Translations under genes and position numbers: made by a program
The notes under the pieces: model-generated
What the model was told of the DNA's origin: nothing
Databases searched by the model: none
Seen by the model: only the letters and a program-made list of their open reading frames with translations
Shown: positions 28,829 to 38,124 of the stretch, piece after piece
How positions within the stretch are numbered: position 1 is the first letter of the stretch
Layout of the letters: the number at the start of each line of letters is the position of its first letter
From: Patescibacteria group bacterium UBA2773
Lineage (GTDB): Bacteria; Patescibacteriota; Minisyncoccia; Moranbacterales; DUUL01
NCBI GenBank assembly: GCA_002352465.1
Contig: DEIN01000002.1
Location: 1-48,819, forward strand
Direction: 5' to 3'
Length of the DNA: 48,819 bases

Positions 28829-28952
28829 GAGCCAAACGGAGCGATAGCGGAGTGAGAGTGCAACGTGTCTTGCTTATTTTTGAAAAATTTATCTATATTA
28901 TTCCTTTTTTGGTGGGCTTTTTATTATTGTATTTGATTTTTTTCAAAACTCC

Positions 28953-29924
28953 TTATTTCTTCACTAAGTTATTCATTAACTCAATAAAACCGTTTGTATT
29001 AACAAAATAATTTTGCTTATTGTTTGCGAGATTTTGTATTATACTTTTTCTTTGTTCAAATGGTTTTCCGTTTGTAGTGCTTTCGTCAGCTATCACATTA
29101 AAATACACTCCATCTAAAAATGAAACATAATAAACACCGTTATCTTTGTATGAGATAAAATTTATTATTTCAGACATCTGCTTGTCTTGTCCTCCGCCAG
29201 ATTCCTTCATGTGTTTATGTTCCATGATAAAAATCTTGTTATCAATTTTAAACAAAAAATCAGTTTGTTTATTTTCATGATTTTTTGACCAATCAAAATC
29301 TATTTCATATTCATCTAATATTTTTTTGAATAAGGTTTTATCTGTTTTATCTGGATAGATAAAAATTTTATCTTTCTTTTTGAATTCTGATATATCATTT
29401 AAATTAAAATGTGAAAATCCGTATTTTTCAAATAATTCTGTTATTTTTATATTTCCAGCACTTCCATTTCCTTTGTGTGCCTTAGAGCCATTGACAACTT
29501 GCAGTGTAGAAAAAGAATAACCATGAATTTTATACAAAAGATGTCTATCCTTTATAAATTCAGGAATCATATTTTTTAGAAATTCCATTTTTAAAGATTC
29601 TGTTTTTAGTGTGTTTTTGTAAATACTATAAGACATATCTTTTACAGCCCAATAACTTGTAAATTCGCTAAAATTTATTCCCGTTGTTGTTAATGTGGAA
29701 ATTATATTTTTTAGTGTTGTGTTTTGCATCTCAGCATTATTTGAATCAACAGCTATTTTGTATGCAGAAATATTATCTAAAATATCAGCATTAGCTTTCA
29801 TTAACTTATTTAATTTTTTACTGTCATCGGTAATAATAGGCTTATTACTTTTGACATAGTATTTATCAACATAAGGTTCTTTATTCTTAATGCTGATTTC
29901 AAAAAGTTTTATATTATCAATCAT
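28953..29924 (-). CDS. Putative type II restriction endonuclease (PD-(D/E)xK)
   Basis: TDFLFK...MEHKH..ESGGGQ; directly downstream of a methyltransferase. Confidence 0.7.
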   Translation of the reverse strand: MIDNIKLFEISIKNKEPYVDKYYVKSNKPIITDDSKKLNKLMKANADILDNISAYKIAVDSNNAEMQNTTLKNIISTLTTTGINFSEFTSYWAVKDMSYSIYKNTLKTESLKMEFLKNMIPEFIKDRHLLYKIHGYSFSTLQVVNGSKAHKGNGSAGNIKITELFEKYGFSHFNLNDISEFKKKDKIFIYPDKTDKTLFKKILDEYEIDFDWSKNHENKQTDFLFKIDNKIFIMEHKHMKESGGGQDKQMSEIINFISYKDNGVYYVSFLDGVYFNVIADESTTNGKPFEQRKSIIQNLANNKQNYFVNTNGFIELMNNLVKK

Positions 29925-29940
29925 AAGTATTTTTTATAAA

Positions 29941-30948
29941 TTAAAATAAAGATGAACTAGGGCATGTTTTCTCATACGCTTCTTCAAGTATTGATCTTGC
30001 TGTTTGATAGTCTAGTCTTCTTCTTCTCTCACCATTTTTTTTATTACCCTTAAATGGTGATAAAAGAATATCATTTGTTTCTTTTCTAAAATCAAACAAT
30101 ATATTATTGCTATATTCAATAATTTGATTTAAAAATTTTTCTTCAATAACCAACTCAATAAGTGTGATAAGCCTTGAACTTACCTTTATCGTTGAAAGGT
30201 CGTAATCAATTTCTTCTGGTCTCATAAATTGTATTGGTCTATCTACTTTTGTTGTGTCTACTGCCCTAAGTGCAATTTGTCCTTTTAATGAATTAAATCT
30301 AATATCTATATGTTTCCTCGGTATCTTTTTCATTTTTTCCAATTTCCCCAATGTTCTTATATAATTTTCATTTTTATATACTTTTATTTCGTCATAATTT
30401 TTATTTCTTTTATCAAAACAAATAACACAAATAGGATTTTCAGTATCATCAAACATTAAGTCTTCAATTATGGTTATGCTTTCAAGTCTATGCTTTGGGA
30501 AAGACGAGTTTATAAAAGTTTCTGGAATTATCATTACACCATAATCATTATTTTCCATACATTTTTCAATAGCTAACTGATAAACATCGTCATAATTACA
30601 AGTTTCGAAATATTGAGAGACATTTTCATATATACCTTTTCTTTTAGCACTATAATTTGTTAAATATGGAGGATTTGTGATTATTATTGATTTTTCAATT
30701 TGTTTTATGTTTTTTAATCCGTCATTTATTTTCCAGTTTAAAGATTTATCAATATCAAAGCCTATTGTTTTTGAAAATCCTATTTCGTTAGCGACTTTTA
30801 GTAAATCACCACCACCGGCAAAGGGATCAAAAGCAATTTCTGATTTTGTCTTTTCGATAAAATCTAAGATATGCTCTTTTAACCAAAAGTGATTTTTAGT
30901 AAAAAATTGCCCTAAACTTCTTTTTTTATGCTTGCATTCATATGTCAA
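29941..30948 (-). CDS. N6-adenine DNA methyltransferase (gamma-type motif order)
   Basis: LGQFFT (motif X), DPFAGGG (motif I), ITNPPY (motif IV). Confidence 0.88.
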   Translation of the reverse strand: MTYECKHKKRSLGQFFTKNHFWLKEHILDFIEKTKSEIAFDPFAGGGDLLKVANEIGFSKTIGFDIDKSLNWKINDGLKNIKQIEKSIIITNPPYLTNYSAKRKGIYENVSQYFETCNYDDVYQLAIEKCMENNDYGVMIIPETFINSSFPKHRLESITIIEDLMFDDTENPICVICFDKRNKNYDEIKVYKNENYIRTLGKLEKMKKIPRKHIDIRFNSLKGQIALRAVDTTKVDRPIQFMRPEEIDYDLSTIKVSSRLITLIELVIEEKFLNQIIEYSNNILFDFRKETNDILLSPFKGNKKNGERRRRLDYQTARSILEEAYEKTCPSSSLF

Positions 30949-31144
30949 TCTTATCTTAAAATATAAAATTATTCAAAAACATATTATTTAAAACTTCCTA
31001 TTTTTCAATCAATTAAATTCGTTTTCGGAGCGATAGCGGAGAAAACACCTATTTCCCCCTTTTAAATAATTAAAAAAATCAAACCTCTTATTTCTTAAAG
31101 TCCATCAAAAACATTTCAATTAACAAATTTTTCAAAAATATGTC

Positions 31145-31201
31145 GCCTAACATTTGGGAAAATCGCGAGCTGAGCGATTTTTCTTTTATCCCTTGTTATA
31201 T
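31145..31201. repeat. attC-like site 2
   Basis: GCCTAAC...GAAAATCGC/GCGATTTTTC...GTTATAT. Confidence 0.65.
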
Positions 31202-31266
31202 GAGGGTGAGAAGCGATAGCGACGAAAGCGCAGCGTCCCCTTGAGTCAAAAGAAGGACCGTTCGTG

Positions 31267-31779
31267 TTAAGCTCCACCAGCTAGTAAAGCTGATATTATA
31301 AACAAAAATTTGTACAGAAATATAAATAATAAAATAAATACTATAGCAGTAAATAAAGTTATTAGAATTTTTGTTGTTTTATTTTTGTTTTGTATTTTAT
31401 AAAAAATCTTTAATCCTAAATAAATAAAAATTGTTAATAAAAAAAGGCTTATCGTAAATCTTCCAAATTCATGGTGATATATTGCGTTATTACTAAATAA
31501 AATTATTATTATGCTTATTGGGACACTTAATAATGGAAGAATTTTTTCAAAACCACTAAATTTATTAAATGAATGCGTTATAAGAACAATGAATATTGCT
31601 GATAAGATTATATAGTAAATAAACAGTCCAATGAAATATGAGTGTGATAATGTTAGCGGTAGATTGCGGAAATCTATCAGTAATCCACGTATGAAATTAG
31701 GTTCGTCTAATAGGACAATAAATATACTATACGGGATACTTAATAAGGAAAATAATAAATAATAACTTTTTTTAAACAT
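31267..31779 (-). CDS. Hypothetical multi-pass membrane protein (cassette)
   Basis: About five hydrophobic segments; very AT-rich. Confidence 0.65.
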   Translation of the reverse strand: MFKKSYYLLFSLLSIPYSIFIVLLDEPNFIRGLLIDFRNLPLTLSHSYFIGLFIYYIILSAIFIVLITHSFNKFSGFEKILPLLSVPISIIIILFSNNAIYHHEFGRFTISLFLLTIFIYLGLKIFYKIQNKNKTTKILITLFTAIVFILLFIFLYKFLFIISALLAGGA

Positions 31780-31848
31780 GGATATATTATATTAACAATT
31801 CTTTATAATTTTTTTGTGCAATTTTATCTAGGTCTTTCTTTTGATTTC

Positions 31849-32059
31849 GTATAATGTCAGGATATGCGAAGCCTTTACACAGTGCGGAGGGATAAGCAAA
31901 ACGAAGTTTTGGTTAGCCCGAAAGCACGAGGAAAGGTTTGGGAGAAGAAACCGATTAACAATATTTTTTTAAAAAACTCTCCGTATATCCGTTGTTGTCT
32001 GAAGTAACACTGAGCACCTTTAAAGGTTTCTTCTTCTAAATTATATCCTGACATTGTCC
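31849..32059. repeat. attC-like site 3 (compound, two right halves)
   Basis: ATAATGTCAGGATATGCGA identical to site 1; right halves CCGTATATCCGTTGTTGTCT (31981-32000) and ATATCCTGACATTGTCC (32043-32059). Confidence 0.6.
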
Positions 32060-32122
32060 AAAATGCAATTTAACGGGACTTTGCCAAAGCAAAGGGAGGG
32101 AAATTGAACGAAGTGTTATTTT

Positions 32123-32296
32123 GGACAACGTTTCCCGATGAAGCGAAGTTTTGAAAATTCCATATGCAATAATAATCATTTTCAAAATTTGGGCCGGAAG
32201 AAAATTTTATACCCATATTTTTATCCTACGAAGCGATAGCGTAGTAGGATATTTAGATATTGAAATTTTCTGTAACCGCATATGCAGGTGTTAGAT
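32123..32296. repeat. attC-like site 4
   Basis: GGACAAC...CCGCATATGCAGGTGTTAGAT. Confidence 0.6.
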
Positions 32297-32357
32297 GATG
32301 TAAAAAATAAAACTTTAACTTTGTTCTCTCGGTTTATTTTATGTAAAGATTGGCGTA

Positions 32358-32735
32358 TTATCTTATTTCCAAAACTTGGCCTGTTTCTCTGTCAACTAAA
32401 ACTAAAATATACCAAGCACCTTCGTACTCTTTTATAAGTGCGTATAAAGAAAAAGGGCCATCAATGTTAATAAAAAGATATTCTGTTGGTTGCCATTTGT
32501 TGCCATCTTCGTAGCCAGTATATCTCCAATCACTAATATGAAAACGTTTTTTGTTTGTTTCTAGGTATTTTATTGTTTCTTCAACTGATGTGTCAATTTT
32601 CAGCTCTTGAAATAACATATTTCTTCTATTACTGATAGTGCGATAATTAACTATGTCGATAATAATCAATATCAAAAAAATAGCAAAAACGATAAATAGG
32701 CCTATTTTATTTTTAGCAATTTTTTGGGTATTCAT
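32358..32735 (-). CDS. Hypothetical membrane-anchored protein (cassette)
   Basis: N-terminal TM helix; bounded by a 33-bp inverted repeat. Confidence 0.7.
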   Translation of the reverse strand: MNTQKIAKNKIGLFIVFAIFLILIIIDIVNYRTISNRRNMLFQELKIDTSVEETIKYLETNKKRFHISDWRYTGYEDGNKWQPTEYLFINIDGPFSLYALIKEYEGAWYILVLVDRETGQVLEIR

Positions 32736-32762
32736 AAAAGTTAAAGTTTTATTTTTTATTTC

Positions 32763-32823
32763 ATCTAACTGGTTTTTATGCGAACTTTTTATTTTTTAAT
32801 AGCATAAATTTGTATGTTATCCA
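32763..32823. repeat. Recombinase-proximal site 5 (attI-like position)
   Basis: ATCTAACTGGTTTTTATGCG...GCATAAATTTGTATGTTATCC; AT-rich version of the other sites. Confidence 0.5.
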
Positions 32824-32888
32824 AACTTATACTATATTAAAAATATTCCTAAATTTATGTTTTTAATTATAACAAATTTTATTTTTTT

Positions 32889-33170
32889 ATGCAAAATATT
32901 TTAGACAAAATTAAAAATTTATTAAAATGAGAAGGGAAATCAACAACAACTTCTTTACAAAAGATTTTTAAAAATTCTTTAAAAAAAGCTCAAATTCAAA
33001 AAGATGCTACTTTTCATTCTTTAAGACATAGTTTTGCGACACATCTTTTAGAAAATGGAACTGATGTTCGATATGTGCAAAAACTACTAGGGTATGCTAA
33101 TATTAGAACAATTCAAATTTATACTCGAGTGACAAACCCGAAATTAAAGAATATTAAAAGTCCGTTATGA
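32889..33170 (+). pseudogene. Tyrosine recombinase/integrase, internally deleted
   Basis: [27 protein letters not shown]...[42 protein letters not shown]...IKSPL*. Confidence 0.9.
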
Positions 33171-34552
33171 AAAAAATAGAACTCCTAGCGCCAGCGGGGA
33201 ACTTAGAAAAACTCAAAATCGCTTTAATTTACGGAGCTGATGCGGTTTATTTTGGTTTGCCTGGATTTTCTTTGCGAGCACGGGCGAGTGATTTTAGGAA
33301 AGAAGAAATTATTGAAGGAGTGAATCTTTGTCGAGAACAAGGGAAGAAATTTTATGTTGCTTTGAATATTTATGCTCATAATGTTCATATTGATAATTTA
33401 AAACCCCAACTAGAATTTGTAAAAAAAATAAAACCAGACGGCATTATTTTGTCTGATCCAGGGATTTTGCGGATGGTCAAAAAATATTTGCCTGAAATTG
33501 ATATTCATATCTCGACTCAAGCCAATGCGACGAATAAAGAAGCGGCGAAATTTTGGGCGGAGCAAGGAGCGAAAAGAATTATTTTGGCTAGAGAAGTTTC
33601 TTTAAAAGAAATCAAAGAAATTAAAAAAGCGGTGCCGAAAGTGGAATTAGAGTGCTTTGTTCACGGAGCGATGTGTATGGCTTATAGTGGGCGGTGTATT
33701 TTGTCGAAATGGATGTTGAATCGGAGTGCTAATCTTGGTGATTGTGCTCAACCTTGCCGTTGGAAGTATCATGGGAATTCTAATCATAGTTTTAATAAAA
33801 GTGACAAAAAACCTCCTCTTACGAGGGATACGGTTTTTTTTACACTTTTATCAAAACTATGGCGAGTTATTAGAAATTTATTTAAACGTCAAATTCCAAT
33901 TTATCAGGGCAGTCAGTCATATCTAAAATCAAAAATTGTTGATGATAAAAATCGGTTTGAAATTGACCTAGAAGAAGATCAAAATGGAACCTATTTGTTT
34001 AATAGTAATGATATTTGTTTAATTGAACACTTAAAAGAATTGCAAGAAGCTGGAATTGATTCATTCAAAATTGAAGGAAGAACCAAAAGTGTTTATTATA
34101 CAGCGATGGTTGTTCGAGCTTATAAAAAAGTCATAAATAGTCTGCAAGGTGCTGAACCTCAGGCGTCGAAAGAACTGATTAAAAAGCAGAAAGAAGAACT
34201 AGAAAATCTTTCTAATCGAGGGTATTGGAAAGGTTTTATGTTCCAAAATGAGCCTCCTCATTTGTTTGATAAAGCTTCAATGGAAGCTAAATTTATGTTT
34301 ATTGGGATAAGTTTGGAGTATTTTCAGAAAAAGAATTCTTTTATTAGAAAAGTTTTTGTCCATAATTCTTTCAAAAAAGATGACATTGTTGAAGCTGTTA
34401 CTCCCGAGGAAATTTATGAAACAAAAATTATCAACATTAAAGATGAGTTTGGCGTCGAATTGGAGTCAGCCCATGGTGGGCAGGATAAAATATTTTTGAT
34501 TGAGTTTGATAAAAAAATTAAAGGGTTCTTTGCTTTAAGAAAAAATCTTTAA
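33167..34552 (+). CDS. U32 family protein (TrhP/YegQ-like)
   Basis: [20 protein letters not shown]...CAQPCRW, FKIEGR. Confidence 0.93.
   Translation: MKKIELLAPAGNLEKLKIALIYGADAVYFGLPGFSLRARASDFRKEEIIEGVNLCREQGKKFYVALNIYAHNVHIDNLKPQLEFVKKIKPDGIILSDPGILRMVKKYLPEIDIHISTQANATNKEAAKFWAEQGAKRIILAREVSLKEIKEIKKAVPKVELECFVHGAMCMAYSGRCILSKWMLNRSANLGDCAQPCRWKYHGNSNHSFNKSDKKPPLTRDTVFFTLLSKLWRVIRNLFKRQIPIYQGSQSYLKSKIVDDKNRFEIDLEEDQNGTYLFNSNDICLIEHLKELQEAGIDSFKIEGRTKSVYYTAMVVRAYKKVINSLQGAEPQASKELIKKQKEELENLSNRGYWKGFMFQNEPPHLFDKASMEAKFMFIGISLEYFQKKNSFIRKVFVHNSFKKDDIVEAVTPEEIYETKIINIKDEFGVELESAHGGQDKIFLIEFDKKIKGFFALRKNL
33785..33861. repeat. Palindrome inside the U32 coding sequence
   Basis: CATAGTTTTAATAAAAGTG...CACTTTTATCAAAACTATG (18/19 complementary) with inner AAAAAACC/GGTTTTTT and CCTC/GAGG stems. 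Confidence 0.75.
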
Positions 34553-34641
34553 AAAGTTGTCTGAAATTTTGTATTTATTTCAATAATGAGTTATTATAAG
34601 AATAGGAATAATTGTTGCTTAATAAAAGAATACTACGTCCT

Positions 34642-35406
34642 ATGAGATTGGATAAATTTCAAAAAGCAAAAATGTTTTTGGGATTAGGGTTAATGGGGTT
34701 ATTTTTAGCAATTTTAGTCATTCCTCGGGTCATTAATAATGGTCTAAATTGGGCATCAGAAACCACTATCGAAACTTTTTGTCTAATTTTGAGTTTTGTT
34801 TCTACTATTTTTTTATTTTGGCATTATGATTACGTGGTTCAAAAAAGAGAGGAGGAATCATTTCATTTGTCGTCAAAATTAAAAAACAAGGAGAAAGAAT
34901 TGTTGGAAACTTTTCAGTATTTAGGCAAAGTTAATGTGCGTTTTTCTGTTATTAGGGATTTGTTAGAAGGAATGAAAAAACCTGCTCCGACTACTCGAAA
35001 GGAGCTTAGTGGAGTGTTAATTGAATTGCTTAATATAGCTTGTAGCGCTACTAGTAAGGAACAAGCTTGGTTGAAGATTATTAATACTAAAAATCGGAAA
35101 GTATTAATCGAAGAATTTGGTGGTAATGAATTTGAAGAAGATAGTAAAAAAAATAAAGTAAGTGTTAAAAATTTGTTGGATACCTATAATAAGGGAAAGA
35201 ATTTTAAAATTAAGGAGTTCGAAGTTTTTTATTCAGAGTTAGACAATTTTTATATTAAAGCTTTTTTAATATTGCCAGTTAACGGTGATTTGACGACGGA
35301 AACGGAAGATTTTTTGAAAGCTGTTGCCAATCAATGTGAAATTCTTTTTTTGTTATTTGATTCTCAATATTATCGACCTAAAAATATTTGCAATGAAAAA
35401 AAATAA
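34642..35406 (+). CDS. Hypothetical two-TM protein with coiled coil
   Basis: Two TM helices, then ELLETFQYLGKVN coiled coil. Confidence 0.7.
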   Translation: MRLDKFQKAKMFLGLGLMGLFLAILVIPRVINNGLNWASETTIETFCLILSFVSTIFLFWHYDYVVQKREEESFHLSSKLKNKEKELLETFQYLGKVNVRFSVIRDLLEGMKKPAPTTRKELSGVLIELLNIACSATSKEQAWLKIINTKNRKVLIEEFGGNEFEEDSKKNKVSVKNLLDTYNKGKNFKIKEFEVFYSELDNFYIKAFLILPVNGDLTTETEDFLKAVANQCEILFLLFDSQYYRPKNICNEKK

Positions 35407-36214
35407 AGAAAAAATTACTAAAGGAATAATTTTAGCTGGAGGAACGGCTACTCGTTTATTCCCTTTGACGGCAACTACTAGCAAGCAATTATTGCCAGTT
35501 TATGATCGGCAAATGATTTTTTATCCGCTTAATACTTTGATTAAAGCCGGGGTAAAAGAAATTTTAATAATTGTAGCACCAGAACATTCCGGTCAATTTT
35601 TGAATTTACTGGGTTCGATTTTTGAAAAATTAGATGTCCATTTAGAATTTATAGTTCAAACAGTGCCAAGAGGTTTGGCCGACGCTTTTATCCTAGGGGA
35701 AGAATTTATTGATGATGATAATGTCGCAATGATTTTGGGAGATAATATTTTCGAGGCTAATATCAGTGATTCTATTAAAAATTTTGAAAAAGGGGGGCAA
35801 ATTTTTGTTAAAGAAGTTCCTGATCCGGAAAGATTTGGCGTGGCTGAATTTGATGAGAATGGAAATGTGATTAGCATTGAAGAGAAACCAGAAAAGCCAA
35901 AAAGTAATTATAGTGTTATTGGTGCTTATGTTTATGATTCTCGAGTAGTAGAGATTGCTAAAACTTTGAAAGCTTCTAGCCGAGGTGAAATTGAAATCAC
36001 CGATATTAATAAAAAATATTTAGAAATGAATGAGTTAAAGGTGAAAAAAATTGAAGGGGCTTGGCTAGATGCTGGTACTTTTGATTCTTTGTTAGAAGCT
36101 GGAAGAATTGTCAAGGAGCGAGAAATCTATAAGAATTTTCATTCTGAAACAGAAAAAGCTATTAGCGAATTTAATAAAAATTTAAAGAATATTGCTAAAA
36201 AGAAATTATTTTAA
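35393..36214 (+). CDS. rmlA: Glucose-1-phosphate thymidylyltransferase-like (RmlA/SpsI)
   Basis: KGIILAGG.ATRLFPLT...SKQLLPVYD, EEKP, WLDAGT. Confidence 0.88.
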   Translation: MKKNKEKITKGIILAGGTATRLFPLTATTSKQLLPVYDRQMIFYPLNTLIKAGVKEILIIVAPEHSGQFLNLLGSIFEKLDVHLEFIVQTVPRGLADAFILGEEFIDDDNVAMILGDNIFEANISDSIKNFEKGGQIFVKEVPDPERFGVAEFDENGNVISIEEKPEKPKSNYSVIGAYVYDSRVVEIAKTLKASSRGEIEITDINKKYLEMNELKVKKIEGAWLDAGTFDSLLEAGRIVKEREIYKNFHSETEKAISEFNKNLKNIAKKKLF

Positions 36215-36230
36215 TAATAATAAATTATTG

Positions 36231-37091
36231 ATGAAAATTAGAAAAGCTATTATCGCGGTGGCTGGATCGGGAACTAGATTATTACCGGCGACCAAGTCAA
36301 TGCCGAAAGAAATGCTTCCAATCGTTGATAAGCCGATTATTCAGTTGGTGGTGGAGGAATTAGCAGCAGCGGGGATTGAAGATATTATTTTAGTGACAAA
36401 ATGGGATAAAAAGCCGTTGGAGGATCATTTTGATCATAGTTGGGCCTTGGAAAATGATCTGGAAAAAGCCGGTAAAACTAAATATTTAGAAGAGGTAAAA
36501 AGAATTGCTGGAATGGCCAATTACATTTACGTTAGACAGGCTCCGCAATATGGAAATGGAGTACCAGTTTTGTCAGCGGCGAGTCTTGTTCGCAATGAAC
36601 CGTTTGTTTTTGTGTGGGGAGATGATTTAGTTAAATCAGAAGTTTCTTTTACTAAACAAATGGTTGAAGACTATGAGAAAAACGGAAATTTAATGATTGG
36701 CGTTCAAGAAGTGCCTGAGGATCAAGTCGATCGTTATGGGATTGTTAAATTGAAAGAAGGCACAATGCAAATTAAAGATGTTGTTGAAAAGCCTGCTATA
36801 GAGGAAGCTCCATCGAGATATGCTCAATTTGGTAGAATGATTTTAAATCAAGACATTATTAATGTTTTGAAAAGAACTCCTCCAGGAAAAGGCGGTGAAG
36901 TTTGGATTACCGATGCAATTCAAACTTATATCAAAGAAGGGGGTAAATTTTTTGCCAAGAAAGTTGAAAATGGAGAATGGATGACTACTGGTGATCCGTT
37001 GAATTATCTAAAAGCTATTTTGAATTATGCCATGGATCGACCAGATTTGAAGGATTTTTTAGGAAATTATTTGAATAAAATAAAAAAATAA
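36231..37091 (+). CDS. galU: UTP-glucose-1-phosphate uridylyltransferase
   Basis: AG.GTRLLPATK.MPKEMLPIVDKP, VEKP. Confidence 0.9.
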   Translation: MKIRKAIIAVAGSGTRLLPATKSMPKEMLPIVDKPIIQLVVEELAAAGIEDIILVTKWDKKPLEDHFDHSWALENDLEKAGKTKYLEEVKRIAGMANYIYVRQAPQYGNGVPVLSAASLVRNEPFVFVWGDDLVKSEVSFTKQMVEDYEKNGNLMIGVQEVPEDQVDRYGIVKLKEGTMQIKDVVEKPAIEEAPSRYAQFGRMILNQDIINVLKRTPPGKGGEVWITDAIQTYIKEGGKFFAKKVENGEWMTTGDPLNYLKAILNYAMDRPDLKDFLGNYLNKIKK

Positions 37092-37150
37092 AATATTGTT
37101 AGGATAATTGAAAAAAATAAGTTAAAATAAAAAAATAGTTTAAAATAAAA

Positions 37151-38083
37151 ATGAAAAAAACAATTGCTCAAAAAATAAAAGAAGAATCGGTTCAATACGG
37201 GGTGCCTTTTTGGAAGTTGCCAGATTTTCTGATTTTGATTATGGCTTTTGTTAATATTATTGGGATGATTTCTACTTATTATTTAGCTTTGAACTTTGTG
37301 GATGATCCAAGAAGTGCGGTTATTTTTGTGGCGATTGAGTCGGCCATTATCTTAATTATCGGGAGCGTTGTGGCTGAATCTTCGCGTAAAGTTATTACTA
37401 ATTATCGATTAAAGGAAGAATTTATCGACCTAATCTCTCATCAGATTAGAAGTCCAATCACTAACGTTAAATGGAATTTAGAACTTTTAAATAAAGAAAA
37501 ATTAAATTCAAAACAACAAGTTTATGCTAATCGATTGGCTGATTCAGCTAAAAATATAATTAGTTTAGTCAACGATTTTGTTTATTTATCACGATTAGAA
37601 CAGAGCAAAAAAGAATTAATTCTTCAGAAAATTGATATAAAAGAAATAATCAAAACAATATTGCAAGAAACGAAGATTTTTGCTTCTTCTAAAAATATTA
37701 AATTTAAATTTATTGATAATAGTAAGATTAATTGTGTTAGAACTGACGAAAAAAAGATTAGAATAGTTTTGAACAACGTTATTGAAAATGCGTTGAAATA
37801 CAGTTACGATAATAGTGAAATTAAAATTGAAATTTATAACAAAAGAAATTGTTTGAATATAAAAATAATTGATGAGGGTTGTGGTATTGAAGATGAATCG
37901 CAAGATTTTGTTTTTGATAAATTTTATCGAGCCCAAGCTGCTGAAAAATTAGCAGTTGACGGAACAGGAGTAGGACTTTATATTTCAAAAATTATTTTGA
38001 AGGAAATGAAAGGAAAGATTTGGTTTGAATCTGAAAAAAATAAAGGAAGCATTTTTTATATTAGTTTACCTGTTTTTAACTAA
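37151..38083 (+). CDS. Sensor histidine kinase
   Basis: Two TM helices, SHQIRSP H-box, ENALKY, DEGCGI, GTGVGL. Confidence 0.93.
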   Translation: MKKTIAQKIKEESVQYGVPFWKLPDFLILIMAFVNIIGMISTYYLALNFVDDPRSAVIFVAIESAIILIIGSVVAESSRKVITNYRLKEEFIDLISHQIRSPITNVKWNLELLNKEKLNSKQQVYANRLADSAKNIISLVNDFVYLSRLEQSKKELILQKIDIKEIIKTILQETKIFASSKNIKFKFIDNSKINCVRTDEKKIRIVLNNVIENALKYSYDNSEIKIEIYNKRNCLNIKIIDEGCGIEDESQDFVFDKFYRAQAAEKLAVDGTGVGLYISKIILKEMKGKIWFESEKNKGSIFYISLPVFN

Positions 38084-38124
38084 TCATAATTTTAACTATT
38101 TTTTAAAAAATATTTATAATAAAA

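Larger units (their letters stand above)
28733..33170 (-). mobile_element. Integron-like cassette array with decayed tyrosine recombinase
   Basis: Five attC-like sites separating minus-strand cassettes; divergent recombinase remnant. Confidence 0.7.

Noticed and set aside
28795-29010. 71-aa plus-strand ORF
   Set aside because: Spans the attC-like site and is antisense to the nuclease 3' end.
32928-32930. TGA read-through (genetic code 25 or 4) rescuing the recombinase
   Set aside because: TGA ends many intact genes here (galT, pheS, ruvX), and the product would still lack most of the recombinase.
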